Source: Planctomycetota bacterium (GTDB taxonomy: Bacteria > Planctomycetota > SZUA-567 > H5-PLA8). From it: a DNA stretch of 64,000 nucleotides. Location: assembly GCA_038227875.1 (NCBI GenBank), contig JBBRPR010000001.1:192001-256000 (forward strand). The letters are read 5' to 3'. The notes below the pieces were generated by a model, which was not told the origin of the DNA, made no database searches, and worked only from the letters and a program-made list of their open reading frames with translations. Each line of letters starts with the position of its first letter. The stretch's first letter is position 1. The position numbers and the translations under genes are program-made. Shown here in pieces: positions 1-7,893 of the stretch.

Positions 1-61
1 GACGCGACAACAGTTCTTGCACGATGGAGCAGGATGGAAGATCGGTGGGCGTGGTGCTCAT
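1..61 (-). CDS. 5' end of a gene running off the window (MSTTPTDLPSCSIVQELLSR...)
   Basis: ATG at 61 on the minus strand, open to the window edge; too short to classify. Confidence 0.35.
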   Translation of the reverse strand, partial: MSTTPTDLPSCSIVQELLSR

Positions 62-109
62 GGCAGCGTGTTTACCTCAACACGAAAACTTGTCGAATGG
101 CGAATTCTG

Positions 110-135
110 ACCCTATGGACAGCTGTCCATAGGGT
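110..135. repeat. Perfect 26-bp palindrome ACCCTATGGACAGCTGTCCATAGGGT
   Basis: Sequence equals its own reverse complement; lies just 3' of sfsA. Confidence 0.9.
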
Positions 136-158
136 TAAAACCAAGCACCCTTGTGCCA

Positions 159-869
159 TCACAATTTGACGGGCAGGCGCTTCTCGATCTTGATTCCTTG
201 CGGCGAAATGCGCGCACGATATGCGTAGACCTCAATGTGTTTCTGTTCGACGGCGCGGCGTAGCGCGTTGGAATAATCGGGATCGATGGTGTCGGCGACG
301 CCCATCCATTCCACGTCGCTGCGTCCTACGAAAAAGAAAAATGCGGCGCGCTCGCCAGTCTTGGCAGCGCGCGTCAGTTCCTGAATGTGTTTCAGGCCGC
401 GGGCGGTCACGGCGTCCGGGTAGAGCACCCCGTCGCCGACGCGGTAAGTTGTATTCTTGATTTCGACCAGACAGGTGTGGCTGCGTTCCGGATGTCCGGA
501 GAGCAGCAGATCGATGCGGCTGTTGCGGCCGTATTTCACCTCGCGCTGCAGCGTGACGTAACCGGACAATTCCGGAATGAGACCGGAACTGACCGCTTCC
601 GCAACGGCGCGGTTGGGGTTCATCGTGTTCACGCCGACCCAGTGGTTGCCCATGCGGATGGCTTCCAGCGTGTAGAGCAACTTGCGGCCGCAGTCGATTC
701 CGTGAAACGAAAGTAGCACCGGCCGCCCGGGTTCACTGCAGGTTCGCATACTCCCGGTGTTGGGGCAGTGGGCGAGAACGACGGTGCCGTCGGCGAGTTT
801 GACGTCGGCCAAGAAGCGCTTGTAACGGCGTACCAGCACACCTTTCACAATGGGGAGCTTGAATTTCAT
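159..869 (-). CDS. sfsA: DNA/RNA nuclease SfsA (sugar fermentation stimulation protein A)
   Basis: RRYKRFLADV, AHCPNTGSM, REVKYG..SRIDLLL, VEIK, YPDAVTARGLKHIQEL motifs; start taken at ATG 869 (MKFKLP) with GAAGGA upstream. Confidence 0.95.
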   Translation of the reverse strand: MKFKLPIVKGVLVRRYKRFLADVKLADGTVVLAHCPNTGSMRTCSEPGRPVLLSFHGIDCGRKLLYTLEAIRMGNHWVGVNTMNPNRAVAEAVSSGLIPELSGYVTLQREVKYGRNSRIDLLLSGHPERSHTCLVEIKNTTYRVGDGVLYPDAVTARGLKHIQELTRAAKTGERAAFFFFVGRSDVEWMGVADTIDPDYSNALRRAVEQKHIEVYAYRARISPQGIKIEKRLPVKL

Positions 870-944
870 GCAACATCCTTCAAAATGTAATGACCGACAA
901 GAACTGTTAAAGCTCACGTACCCTTTGGACGAAGATATACGTTC

Positions 945-1328
945 ATGCGCCCCATTGGATCCCACAAACTACTTGAGCGCCGCCGCCGCAAGGCCGTGGC
1001 GCTTGCCAAACGTGGGCGGTCACCCAGTGTGATCGCCAAAGAACTTCAGGTCGACCGCAAATCGGTCTACCGCTGGCTGGCCATGGCGAAGAACGGCGAA
1101 AAGGGTCTGGCCGCCAAGCCGCATCCCGGGCGCCCACGCAAACTGACCAACGGTCAGCATTCCAAACTGGCGCGGCTGCTCAAACAAGGTCCGCAAGCTC
1201 ACGGCTGGACGACGGGCCGTTGGACGGCCAAGCGCGTGGCCGAACTGGTCTGGAAGCATTTCAAAGTGAAGCATCACGTCGAACACGTCCGGCACATCGT
1301 CAAACACCGGCTCAACAAACAGAGCTGA
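945..1328 (+). CDS. Winged-HTH protein homologous to the N-terminal DNA-binding part of IS630-family transposases; no DDE domain
   Basis: ERRRRKAV..SVYRW..PHPGRPRKL..LLKQGPQAHGW..WTAKRV pattern; stops after 127 aa with a convergent gene immediately following. Confidence 0.75.
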   Translation: MRPIGSHKLLERRRRKAVALAKRGRSPSVIAKELQVDRKSVYRWLAMAKNGEKGLAAKPHPGRPRKLTNGQHSKLARLLKQGPQAHGWTTGRWTAKRVAELVWKHFKVKHHVEHVRHIVKHRLNKQS

Positions 1329-1505
1329 CTATTTATCCAGAAAGACGAGCAAACCGGCCACGATTGCCGTAACCGATAGGGCGATGTTTGGAATTTTCAT
1401 GTTCAATTTCGCGAGAATGGGAATGAAGCCGGAGAGCACCGGGATCAGATTAATCACGGCGAACAAAATCAACCAGCCACCCAGCAACATCATCCATTTT
1501 TTCAT
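1329..1505 (-). CDS. Small 58-aa two-helix membrane protein (not in ORF track)
   Basis: Manual translation MKKWMMLLGGWLILFAVINLIPVLSGFIPILAKLNMKIPNIALSVTAIVAGLLVFLDK*; fills the gap between genes. Confidence 0.75.
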   Translation of the reverse strand: MKKWMMLLGGWLILFAVINLIPVLSGFIPILAKLNMKIPNIALSVTAIVAGLLVFLDK

Positions 1506-1659
1506 TGGGACAACAGGTTACCAATCCCGGCGGCAAATTCCATGGCGCATCCAGAATTAGGCGCCACATTCTTCACAATTCGCACTCCACAAATGCCCAT
1601 GAGTGCCCTACACTGCGCTACCTGAAATAGATCAGGATAACGAAGTGTGGGAGAGTTTT

Positions 1660-2910
1660 GTGGCTGCTGGTAATTTTTACAATTCGCGCATCGTCATCAC
1701 CGGCATCGGTTTGACGGCGCCCAACGGCAATAACCTCGCCGACTACCGCCGCGCGCTGCTCAGCGGCAAATCGGGCGTGAAAAATTTTGAAACCCGCTAC
1801 ATGGGCGCGGTTCTCGCCGGGATCTGCGACTTCGATGAACTCAAGTATCAGAAGAAGAAGGAACTGCGCCGCGGAACCCGCGCCGGCTCGATCGCCATTT
1901 ACTGCGCCAACGAAGCGCTGGCCGACAGCGGGATCGATTGGACGAAGCAGGACAAGTCGCGCGTTGGCGTCTACGTCGGCGTGACCGAGCACGGCAACGT
2001 TGAGACCGAGAACGAAATCGCGAACATCAAGCAGTACAATTACGACGTTAAATTCTGGTCGCACCACCACAACCCGCGCACCGTCGCCAACAATCCCGCC
2101 GGCGAAGTCACGCTCAACATGGGGATCATCGGACCGCACTACACCATCGGCGCGGCCTGCGCGGCGGGAAACATCGGCTTCATCCAGGCGCTCCAGATGC
2201 TGCGGCTGGGCGAAGTGGACCTGGCGTTCGGCGGCGGCGTTTCGGAATCGATTCACACGTTCGGAATCTTCGCCAGTTTCAAGAGCCAGGGCGCGCTGGC
2301 TACGCACGAGGACCCGACGAAAGCATCGCGCCCGTTCGACCGCGACCGCAACGGCATCGTGGTCAGCGAAGGCGGCTGCGTCTACACGCTCGAACGGCTC
2401 GAAGACGCGCAGGCGAGGAACGCAAAGATCTACGGCGAGATCGTCGGCTACGCGATCAACTCCGACGCTTCGGATTTCGTCCTGCCATCCCCGGAACGCC
2501 AGGCGCAGTGCATGCTCGCCGCGTTGAAGAAAGCGGGAATAGGCCCCGGCGACGTCGACATCATCAATACGCACGCGACGGCCACGAAGCTGGGCGACAT
2601 CCAGGAATGCACGGCGATCCGCAATGTTTTCAGTGATCACGCGGGCGTGCACATCAACAATACGAAGAGCTTCATCGGGCATGCGATGGGCGCGGCGGGA
2701 GCGTTGGAGTTGTCGGGCAATCTGCCGGCGTTCGACGATCACATCGTCCATCCGACGATCAACGTGGATAACCTGGACCCGGAATGTGCGCTGCGCAACC
2801 TGGTTCTGAACACGCCCAAGACGATTGACAAGGTGGAGTACATCCTTAACAATTCGTCGGGAATGCTGGGCATCAATTCAGTGGTGATCGTCAAGCGCTT
2901 CACGGCCTGA
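1660..2910 (+). CDS. fabF: Beta-ketoacyl-ACP synthase (FabF-like)
   Basis: RIVITGIG, catalytic Cys (GAACAAG), His (NTHATAT), KSFIGHAMGAAG, SRPFDRDRNG; start estimated at GTG 1660 (ORF open from 1603). Confidence 0.9.
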   Translation: MAAGNFYNSRIVITGIGLTAPNGNNLADYRRALLSGKSGVKNFETRYMGAVLAGICDFDELKYQKKKELRRGTRAGSIAIYCANEALADSGIDWTKQDKSRVGVYVGVTEHGNVETENEIANIKQYNYDVKFWSHHHNPRTVANNPAGEVTLNMGIIGPHYTIGAACAAGNIGFIQALQMLRLGEVDLAFGGGVSESIHTFGIFASFKSQGALATHEDPTKASRPFDRDRNGIVVSEGGCVYTLERLEDAQARNAKIYGEIVGYAINSDASDFVLPSPERQAQCMLAALKKAGIGPGDVDIINTHATATKLGDIQECTAIRNVFSDHAGVHINNTKSFIGHAMGAAGALELSGNLPAFDDHIVHPTINVDNLDPECALRNLVLNTPKTIDKVEYILNNSSGMLGINSVVIVKRFTA

Positions 2911-2996
2911 CGAATTTCCTTTCGCGCAAAGCCGGTACGGCAAAATTGCTTTTTGCGCGGGAGTTTTTGTGTGTGGTGTGAACAGGGGAGATTTGC

Positions 2997-3248
2997 ATGA
3001 CGCGGGAAGACATCCGGGCGGCCATTTTAAACATCATTACGGATATCGCTCCGGACGAAGACTTGACGACGATCAAGGGCGACGTGCGGTTGCGCGACCA
3101 GATCGATCTGGACAGCATGGATTTTCTGGACATCGTGATGGAGCTGCGCAAGCGCTACAACGTGGAGGTTCCGGAAGCCGATTACATGCAGCTGGCCACG
3201 CTGGATTCGAGCGTCAATTACCTCGAGCCCATGCTTAAGGCAAAGTAA
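2997..3248 (+). CDS. Acyl carrier protein
   Basis: 83 aa, acidic, LDSMDFLDIVMEL phosphopantetheine site; GGGGAG RBS; follows the ketosynthase. Confidence 0.92.
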   Translation: MTREDIRAAILNIITDIAPDEDLTTIKGDVRLRDQIDLDSMDFLDIVMELRKRYNVEVPEADYMQLATLDSSVNYLEPMLKAK

Positions 3249-3338
3249 CAGGCCGGTCCGTCGATGTTCAATCCGCGCGCGCAGCATTTTTTCCGGCTGC
3301 GCGCCGCTGTTTTCGGAGTGCGGTGAAAGGAGAAGCTC

Positions 3339-3821
3339 ATGGATCATGGACGCCGTAAAATAGTCGTGCAGGAGTTGCTCGACACGCTGCACGCCACGCT
3401 CCCGTATTTCGATCAGTCTCCGGACGCGCTTGGCCGCTCGTACGCGCCGGGAAAATGGACTCTCCGCGAACTGCTGGTTCACTTGAGCGACGCGGAAGCG
3501 GTGCTCCTGGACCGCCTGCGCCGCATTGCCTCGGAGAAAAAACCGGTGCTGCTGGCGTTCGATGAAAACGATTGGGCCGCGAAGCTGCACTACAAAGCGC
3601 GCGATTTGAATCTTGCCAGGCAGCAGTACGAAGTGGCGCGGCGGCAGGTGATCGAACTGGCGCGCACGCTCGACGACTCCGTCGATCACCTGGTCGGTAC
3701 GCATTCGGAAGCCGGGCCGTTGACGTTCGCGCAGATTCTCAGCAAGGTTGCCGCGCACAACTTCCACCATGTTGAGCAGATGAAGGCGATCGCCGAAGGC
3801 CGGACGTGGCAGAGGAAGTAA
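3339..3821 (+). CDS. DinB/YfiT-like superfamily protein
   Basis: PGKWTLRELLVHLSDAE...FDENDW...HNFHHVEQM His-triad pattern. Confidence 0.85.
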   Translation: MDHGRRKIVVQELLDTLHATLPYFDQSPDALGRSYAPGKWTLRELLVHLSDAEAVLLDRLRRIASEKKPVLLAFDENDWAAKLHYKARDLNLARQQYEVARRQVIELARTLDDSVDHLVGTHSEAGPLTFAQILSKVAAHNFHHVEQMKAIAEGRTWQRK

Positions 3822-4876
3822 CTCCGCCCCGTAGTCTCAGCGATTTCGATCTGGCGCAATTGCAGGCGCAGTTCGAACGCTGGGGCTTTCCGGCCGTGCA
3901 CGCCGGCCGGCTGCTGCGCAGCTATTACGCGACGGGCGGCAGCATCGATTTTCCTGAACTGAAGATCGGCAAGGAACTGGAAGCGCGATTGAAGGCGGAG
4001 ATTCCGCTTTTTCAGTCGCGGATCGTCACGCGTAGCGAGAGCAGCGATAGCACCGTCAAGCTGTTGATCGGACTGGAGCAGGGCGGGGCGGTCGAATCGG
4101 TCCTGATGCCGCTGGACACGCCCGGCCGCGCGGCGGCGTGCGTCTCCTCACAGATCGGCTGCGCGATGGGCTGCGATTTCTGCGCCAGCACCAAGCGCGG
4201 CCTGGAGCGCAATCTGACTTCCGGCGAAATCGTCGAACAGTTTCTGCATCTCCGCGCTGAAGCATTGAAGCTCGGCCGCCGCCTGCACACACTTGTGTTC
4301 ATGGGCATGGGCGAGCCGATGCAAAATCTCGATCACGTCCTGGCCGCGATCCGGCGCATTGCCGGAGAAGACATGGGCGCGCTGGGCTGGCGGCAGATCA
4401 CGGTCTCCACGGTCGGCATCGTGCCGGGCATCGAACAGCTCGCGGCATCGGGGCTGAACGTGAATCTCGCGCTATCGCTCCACGCGCCCGATGATGAAAC
4501 GCGGGCGAAGATCGTGCCGATGAACAAGCGCTATCCCGTCGCTGAAATTATCGCCGCCACCAAGCAGTATTTCGAAAAAACCCGGCGCATTACCAACGTG
4601 GAATACTGCCTGCTCGCCGGCGTCAACGATTCTGACGTCCACGCGCGGCTGCTCGCCGAACTCCTGCGCGGTTTCAAGACGCACGTGAATCTCATTCCCT
4701 ACAACGCCATCGGCACGGGCTTGAGCGGCGTGCAGTATGGGGCTCCGTCGTCCGAACGCGTTGACGCGTTCGTCGGAATTCTGCGCGCGGAGAAAGTCGT
4801 CACGCATCTGCGCAAACGCCGCGGAGATGACGTCAATGCGGCGTGCGGCCAGTTGCGAGAGATCACGGTCGCATAA
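3806..4876 (+). CDS. rlmN: Radical SAM 23S rRNA/tRNA C2-methyltransferase RlmN
   Basis: CVSSQIGCAMGCDFC, FMGMGEP, LALSLHAP, VNLIPYN, RGDDVNAACGQL. Confidence 0.92.
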   Translation: MAEEVTPPRSLSDFDLAQLQAQFERWGFPAVHAGRLLRSYYATGGSIDFPELKIGKELEARLKAEIPLFQSRIVTRSESSDSTVKLLIGLEQGGAVESVLMPLDTPGRAAACVSSQIGCAMGCDFCASTKRGLERNLTSGEIVEQFLHLRAEALKLGRRLHTLVFMGMGEPMQNLDHVLAAIRRIAGEDMGALGWRQITVSTVGIVPGIEQLAASGLNVNLALSLHAPDDETRAKIVPMNKRYPVAEIIAATKQYFEKTRRITNVEYCLLAGVNDSDVHARLLAELLRGFKTHVNLIPYNAIGTGLSGVQYGAPSSERVDAFVGILRAEKVVTHLRKRRGDDVNAACGQLREITVA

Positions 4877-4938
4877 ATAGCGGGCGTTGTTGGAAGTAAA
4901 ACAGGCGATGTGCGTACAGAAGTCGGCGGACGTCTCTA

Positions 4939-4966
4939 TTGACGCAGGTCTCTTTTCAATTACCGT
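4939..4966 (+). promoter_or_regulatory. Candidate sigma70 promoter for moaA (TTGACG-16-TACCGT)
   Basis: Near-consensus -35; weak -10 ending 7 nt before the ATG. Confidence 0.35.
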
Positions 4967-4973
4967 AACAACA

Positions 4974-6050
4974 ATGGAATCGGCAAGAAACGTCCCCCAC
5001 ATTCCGAGCACGCCGCTGACAGACTTGCTCCGACACGGGTACATTCCGGGTCAGGATTCCATCGTCGATCGATTCGGCCGGCGCTTCACGTACCTGCGCG
5101 TGTCGGTCACGGACTTGTGCAACCTGCGTTGCGTCTATTGCATGCCCGAAGAAGGCATGAAGTGGCTGCCGCGGGACGAAATTTTATCATTCGAAGAAAT
5201 CGTCACCGTCGTGCAAGCAGCGGCGGCGGTGGGCGTCTACAAAATCCGCCTGACCGGCGGCGAGCCGCTGGTGCGCAGCGACATCGCGCTGCTGACGCGC
5301 ATGGTTGCGGAAGTTCCCGGCATCACCGACCTCTCGCTCACAACCAACGGCACCCGCCTGGCCGAACTGGCCAAGCCGCTCGCGGACGCGGGACTGAAGC
5401 GCATCAACATTTCGCTCGACACGATGAACGCTGAGAAATTCAAAGCCATCGCGCGCCGTCACGAACTGTACGAAGTACTCGACGGCATCAAGGCCGCGCA
5501 GGCGACGGGCTTGAAACCGATCAAGATCAACATGGTCGTGCTCGGCGGGTTGAACGACGAGGAAGTCGCGGACTTCGCGGCGATGACCGTCAATCAGGAT
5601 CTGGACGTGCGCTTCATTGAATACATGCCGCTGGAAGAAGCGAAGGGCTGCGCGATGGGCTCGGGGAATTTCACGTTCATCCCCAACGATCTGACCAAGG
5701 ACCGCATCCGCATGCGCTTCGGGGATCTCGAACCGCTGGAAGTGGGCGAGGGGATGAAGGGTCCGGCGGAAGTCTTCCGCATCCGCGGGGCGGCCGGGCG
5801 GCTGGGATTTATTTCGGCAATCAGCGCGCCATTCTGTAAACTCTGCGATCGTTTGAGACTGACGGCGACCGGCGAGATTCGCAGTTGCCTGCTCGACGGC
5901 GGGGGCCTGGCGATCAAGGCGTTGCTGCGCAACGGTGGCACGCGCGCGGATCTGATTCGCGCGTTCCGGGAAGCGGCGGAGATCAAGCCGGAAGTGCATA
6001 AGGACTGGAACGAAATACCGGCGGCCAGCATGAGCCGTATTGGTGGATGA
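4974..6050 (+). CDS. moaA: GTP 3',8-cyclase MoaA
   Basis: YLRVSVTDLCNLRCVYCMP, RLTGGEP, RFIEYMP, FCKLCDRLRLT..C, C-terminal MSRIGG. Confidence 0.96.
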   Translation: MESARNVPHIPSTPLTDLLRHGYIPGQDSIVDRFGRRFTYLRVSVTDLCNLRCVYCMPEEGMKWLPRDEILSFEEIVTVVQAAAAVGVYKIRLTGGEPLVRSDIALLTRMVAEVPGITDLSLTTNGTRLAELAKPLADAGLKRINISLDTMNAEKFKAIARRHELYEVLDGIKAAQATGLKPIKINMVVLGGLNDEEVADFAAMTVNQDLDVRFIEYMPLEEAKGCAMGSGNFTFIPNDLTKDRIRMRFGDLEPLEVGEGMKGPAEVFRIRGAAGRLGFISAISAPFCKLCDRLRLTATGEIRSCLLDGGGLAIKALLRNGGTRADLIRAFREAAEIKPEVHKDWNEIPAASMSRIGG

Positions 6051-6060
6051 TGGAAATTAA

Positions 6061-7368
6061 ATGATCAACGATTCCGAGAAACGCGTCGTCCATCTGGAAA
6101 TCACTGCCGGTCCTGACAAGGGCCGGATGTTTTTTTTGAAGATGGGCAAAGAGGCCGTGATCGGCCGCGCCGGCACCGCGGATTTGCGCTGCACCGATCC
6201 GGGCGTTTCATCGCGCCACTGTGTTGTCCGCTCTGCTGGTGACATGATTTTTGTGGAGGACCAGAACAGCCGCAACGGCATTCGCGTCAATGGCGAACCG
6301 GCCACTGTCCGCGTGCTCGACAGCGACGGCAAGATTGAACTGGGCAACACCGTTGTCGAATTGAAATGGGTCGTGACCGAAGCCGAAGTGCCGCTGGCCG
6401 CCGTGGATTCCCCGTTTGCGCCGACGCTGATCGAAGGGCAGAAACACGATACGTCCACGTCCGTGCGCACGACTATGACGCGCATTTCCGGCCCCGGATC
6501 GACGATGCTCGAAGAAGCGCAGATGACGGATTTCCGCCACGCCAAGGAGATGCTGGGGCAAACGCTGGCCGGATACCTGCTGCTGGAGCCCATCGGCATT
6601 GGGTCCACCGGTCCGGTGTTCCGCGCCAAGCGCGTCAAAGACCGCGTGGAAGTTGCGTTGAAACTGATTCGAAAAGGCGACGCGAAAACCGCGGAACTGC
6701 TGGCGATCTTCCTGAAAGATACGCGCACGCATCTGGATGTTCCCGGTGCCGCGAATGTGGTTGAGGTGGGCGAAATTGAAAAGTACGCATTTCTCGCCAT
6801 GGACCTCTACCGCGGCCGCGAACTTCAGGCGATCGTCGCCGACAACACCAAGTTCACGCCCGCGCAGATTGTCAAGATCTCCGATCCGCTCTGCGCGACG
6901 CTCGCCGCAGCGCATGCCAAGGGCGTGCTGCACCGCGATATCCGACCCGCCAACATTTTGATCCAGGCCGACAGCACGCCGATCCTGCTGGAACTGGGAC
7001 TTGCGCGTAAACGGAACAACGAAGGCAAGTCGATCTTCAACATCAAAGACGATCCGCTCTCGCGGGTGCGCTACCTCTCGCCGGAGATTACGCGCACCGG
7101 CATGGTCGACGGCCGCGCCGACATGTTCTCGCTGGCCGCCTCGTTCTATTTCGCGGTCACCGGCTCCGCGCCGTTCCACGCGAAAACGCCGATGGAACTC
7201 CTGCGCAAAATCCGCTGGGAAGACGTGGCTCCGCTGGAAGGCGACGGCATTCCCGAAGCGTTCTCCCGAGTCATCTCGCGCGCGCTGATCAAGGAACCGG
7301 AGCAACGGTTCGCGAACGTGACCGATTTTGCGAAAGCGCTGCGCGAATCAGTTCCGACCTCCCATTAA
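6061..7368 (+). CDS. FHA domain + Hanks-type Ser/Thr kinase-like domain (possible pseudokinase)
   Basis: FHA: IGR..DPGVSSRH..DQNSRNG; kinase: IGIGSTGPVF, VALK, HRDIRPANIL, YLSPE, DMFSL. Confidence 0.88.
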   Translation: MINDSEKRVVHLEITAGPDKGRMFFLKMGKEAVIGRAGTADLRCTDPGVSSRHCVVRSAGDMIFVEDQNSRNGIRVNGEPATVRVLDSDGKIELGNTVVELKWVVTEAEVPLAAVDSPFAPTLIEGQKHDTSTSVRTTMTRISGPGSTMLEEAQMTDFRHAKEMLGQTLAGYLLLEPIGIGSTGPVFRAKRVKDRVEVALKLIRKGDAKTAELLAIFLKDTRTHLDVPGAANVVEVGEIEKYAFLAMDLYRGRELQAIVADNTKFTPAQIVKISDPLCATLAAAHAKGVLHRDIRPANILIQADSTPILLELGLARKRNNEGKSIFNIKDDPLSRVRYLSPEITRTGMVDGRADMFSLAASFYFAVTGSAPFHAKTPMELLRKIRWEDVAPLEGDGIPEAFSRVISRALIKEPEQRFANVTDFAKALRESVPTSH

Positions 7369-7893
7369 GAGGGGCAACTTCAAAACTTATTTTCCTTTAT
7401 GGGGGTCAGCGCTTCCCACGTGGAGTCGTAACTATCGCTGCGAAAATTAAAGAATTTGAACTATTTAATTTCCACGCGTCGGCTTTTTCGATGATGGACG
7501 TTTTAAAAATACGGAATTCAACCATCTCAAAGAAATCGGTCGATCGCTTTGATTGGGCACGCCATTAAGTATTTTTATGCATGATTAATACTCAGAAAGC
7601 GCCTCCCGCGGGCCACATCCATTTCAACAAAAAAGTCAATTCAGACTAGATAAATATAAGCAATTAAAAATTATCGTGTGCCAATCACAGCGAGAAAATC
7701 TCAGCTGAAATGACTTAAGAGCGCTCGTTAGATCTATTCACTTGGCGGATAATTAAGCGCACAATTTGACATGAGTAAAAAAATTTCCGAGTTTGCAGGC
7801 GCAACTAACGCGGGCGCGGCATATCGATAGGTGGTACATAGTTCAAGCGAGAGCCCACAACTTGAACCCGGCGCGCAAAATGCAGGAGCATCG

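Noticed and set aside
945..1328. Active IS630 element with a programmed frameshift
   Set aside because: No downstream DDE frame; a convergent gene occupies that space
3806..4876. Cfr antibiotic-resistance methyltransferase
   Set aside because: The MGMGEP motif and chromosomal context fit RlmN; Cfr typically has MGMGEA
7369..7390. GAGGGGCAACTTCAAAA as an IS terminal inverted repeat bounding the AT-shifted segment
   Set aside because: No matching inverted copy found by eye and no transposase nearby
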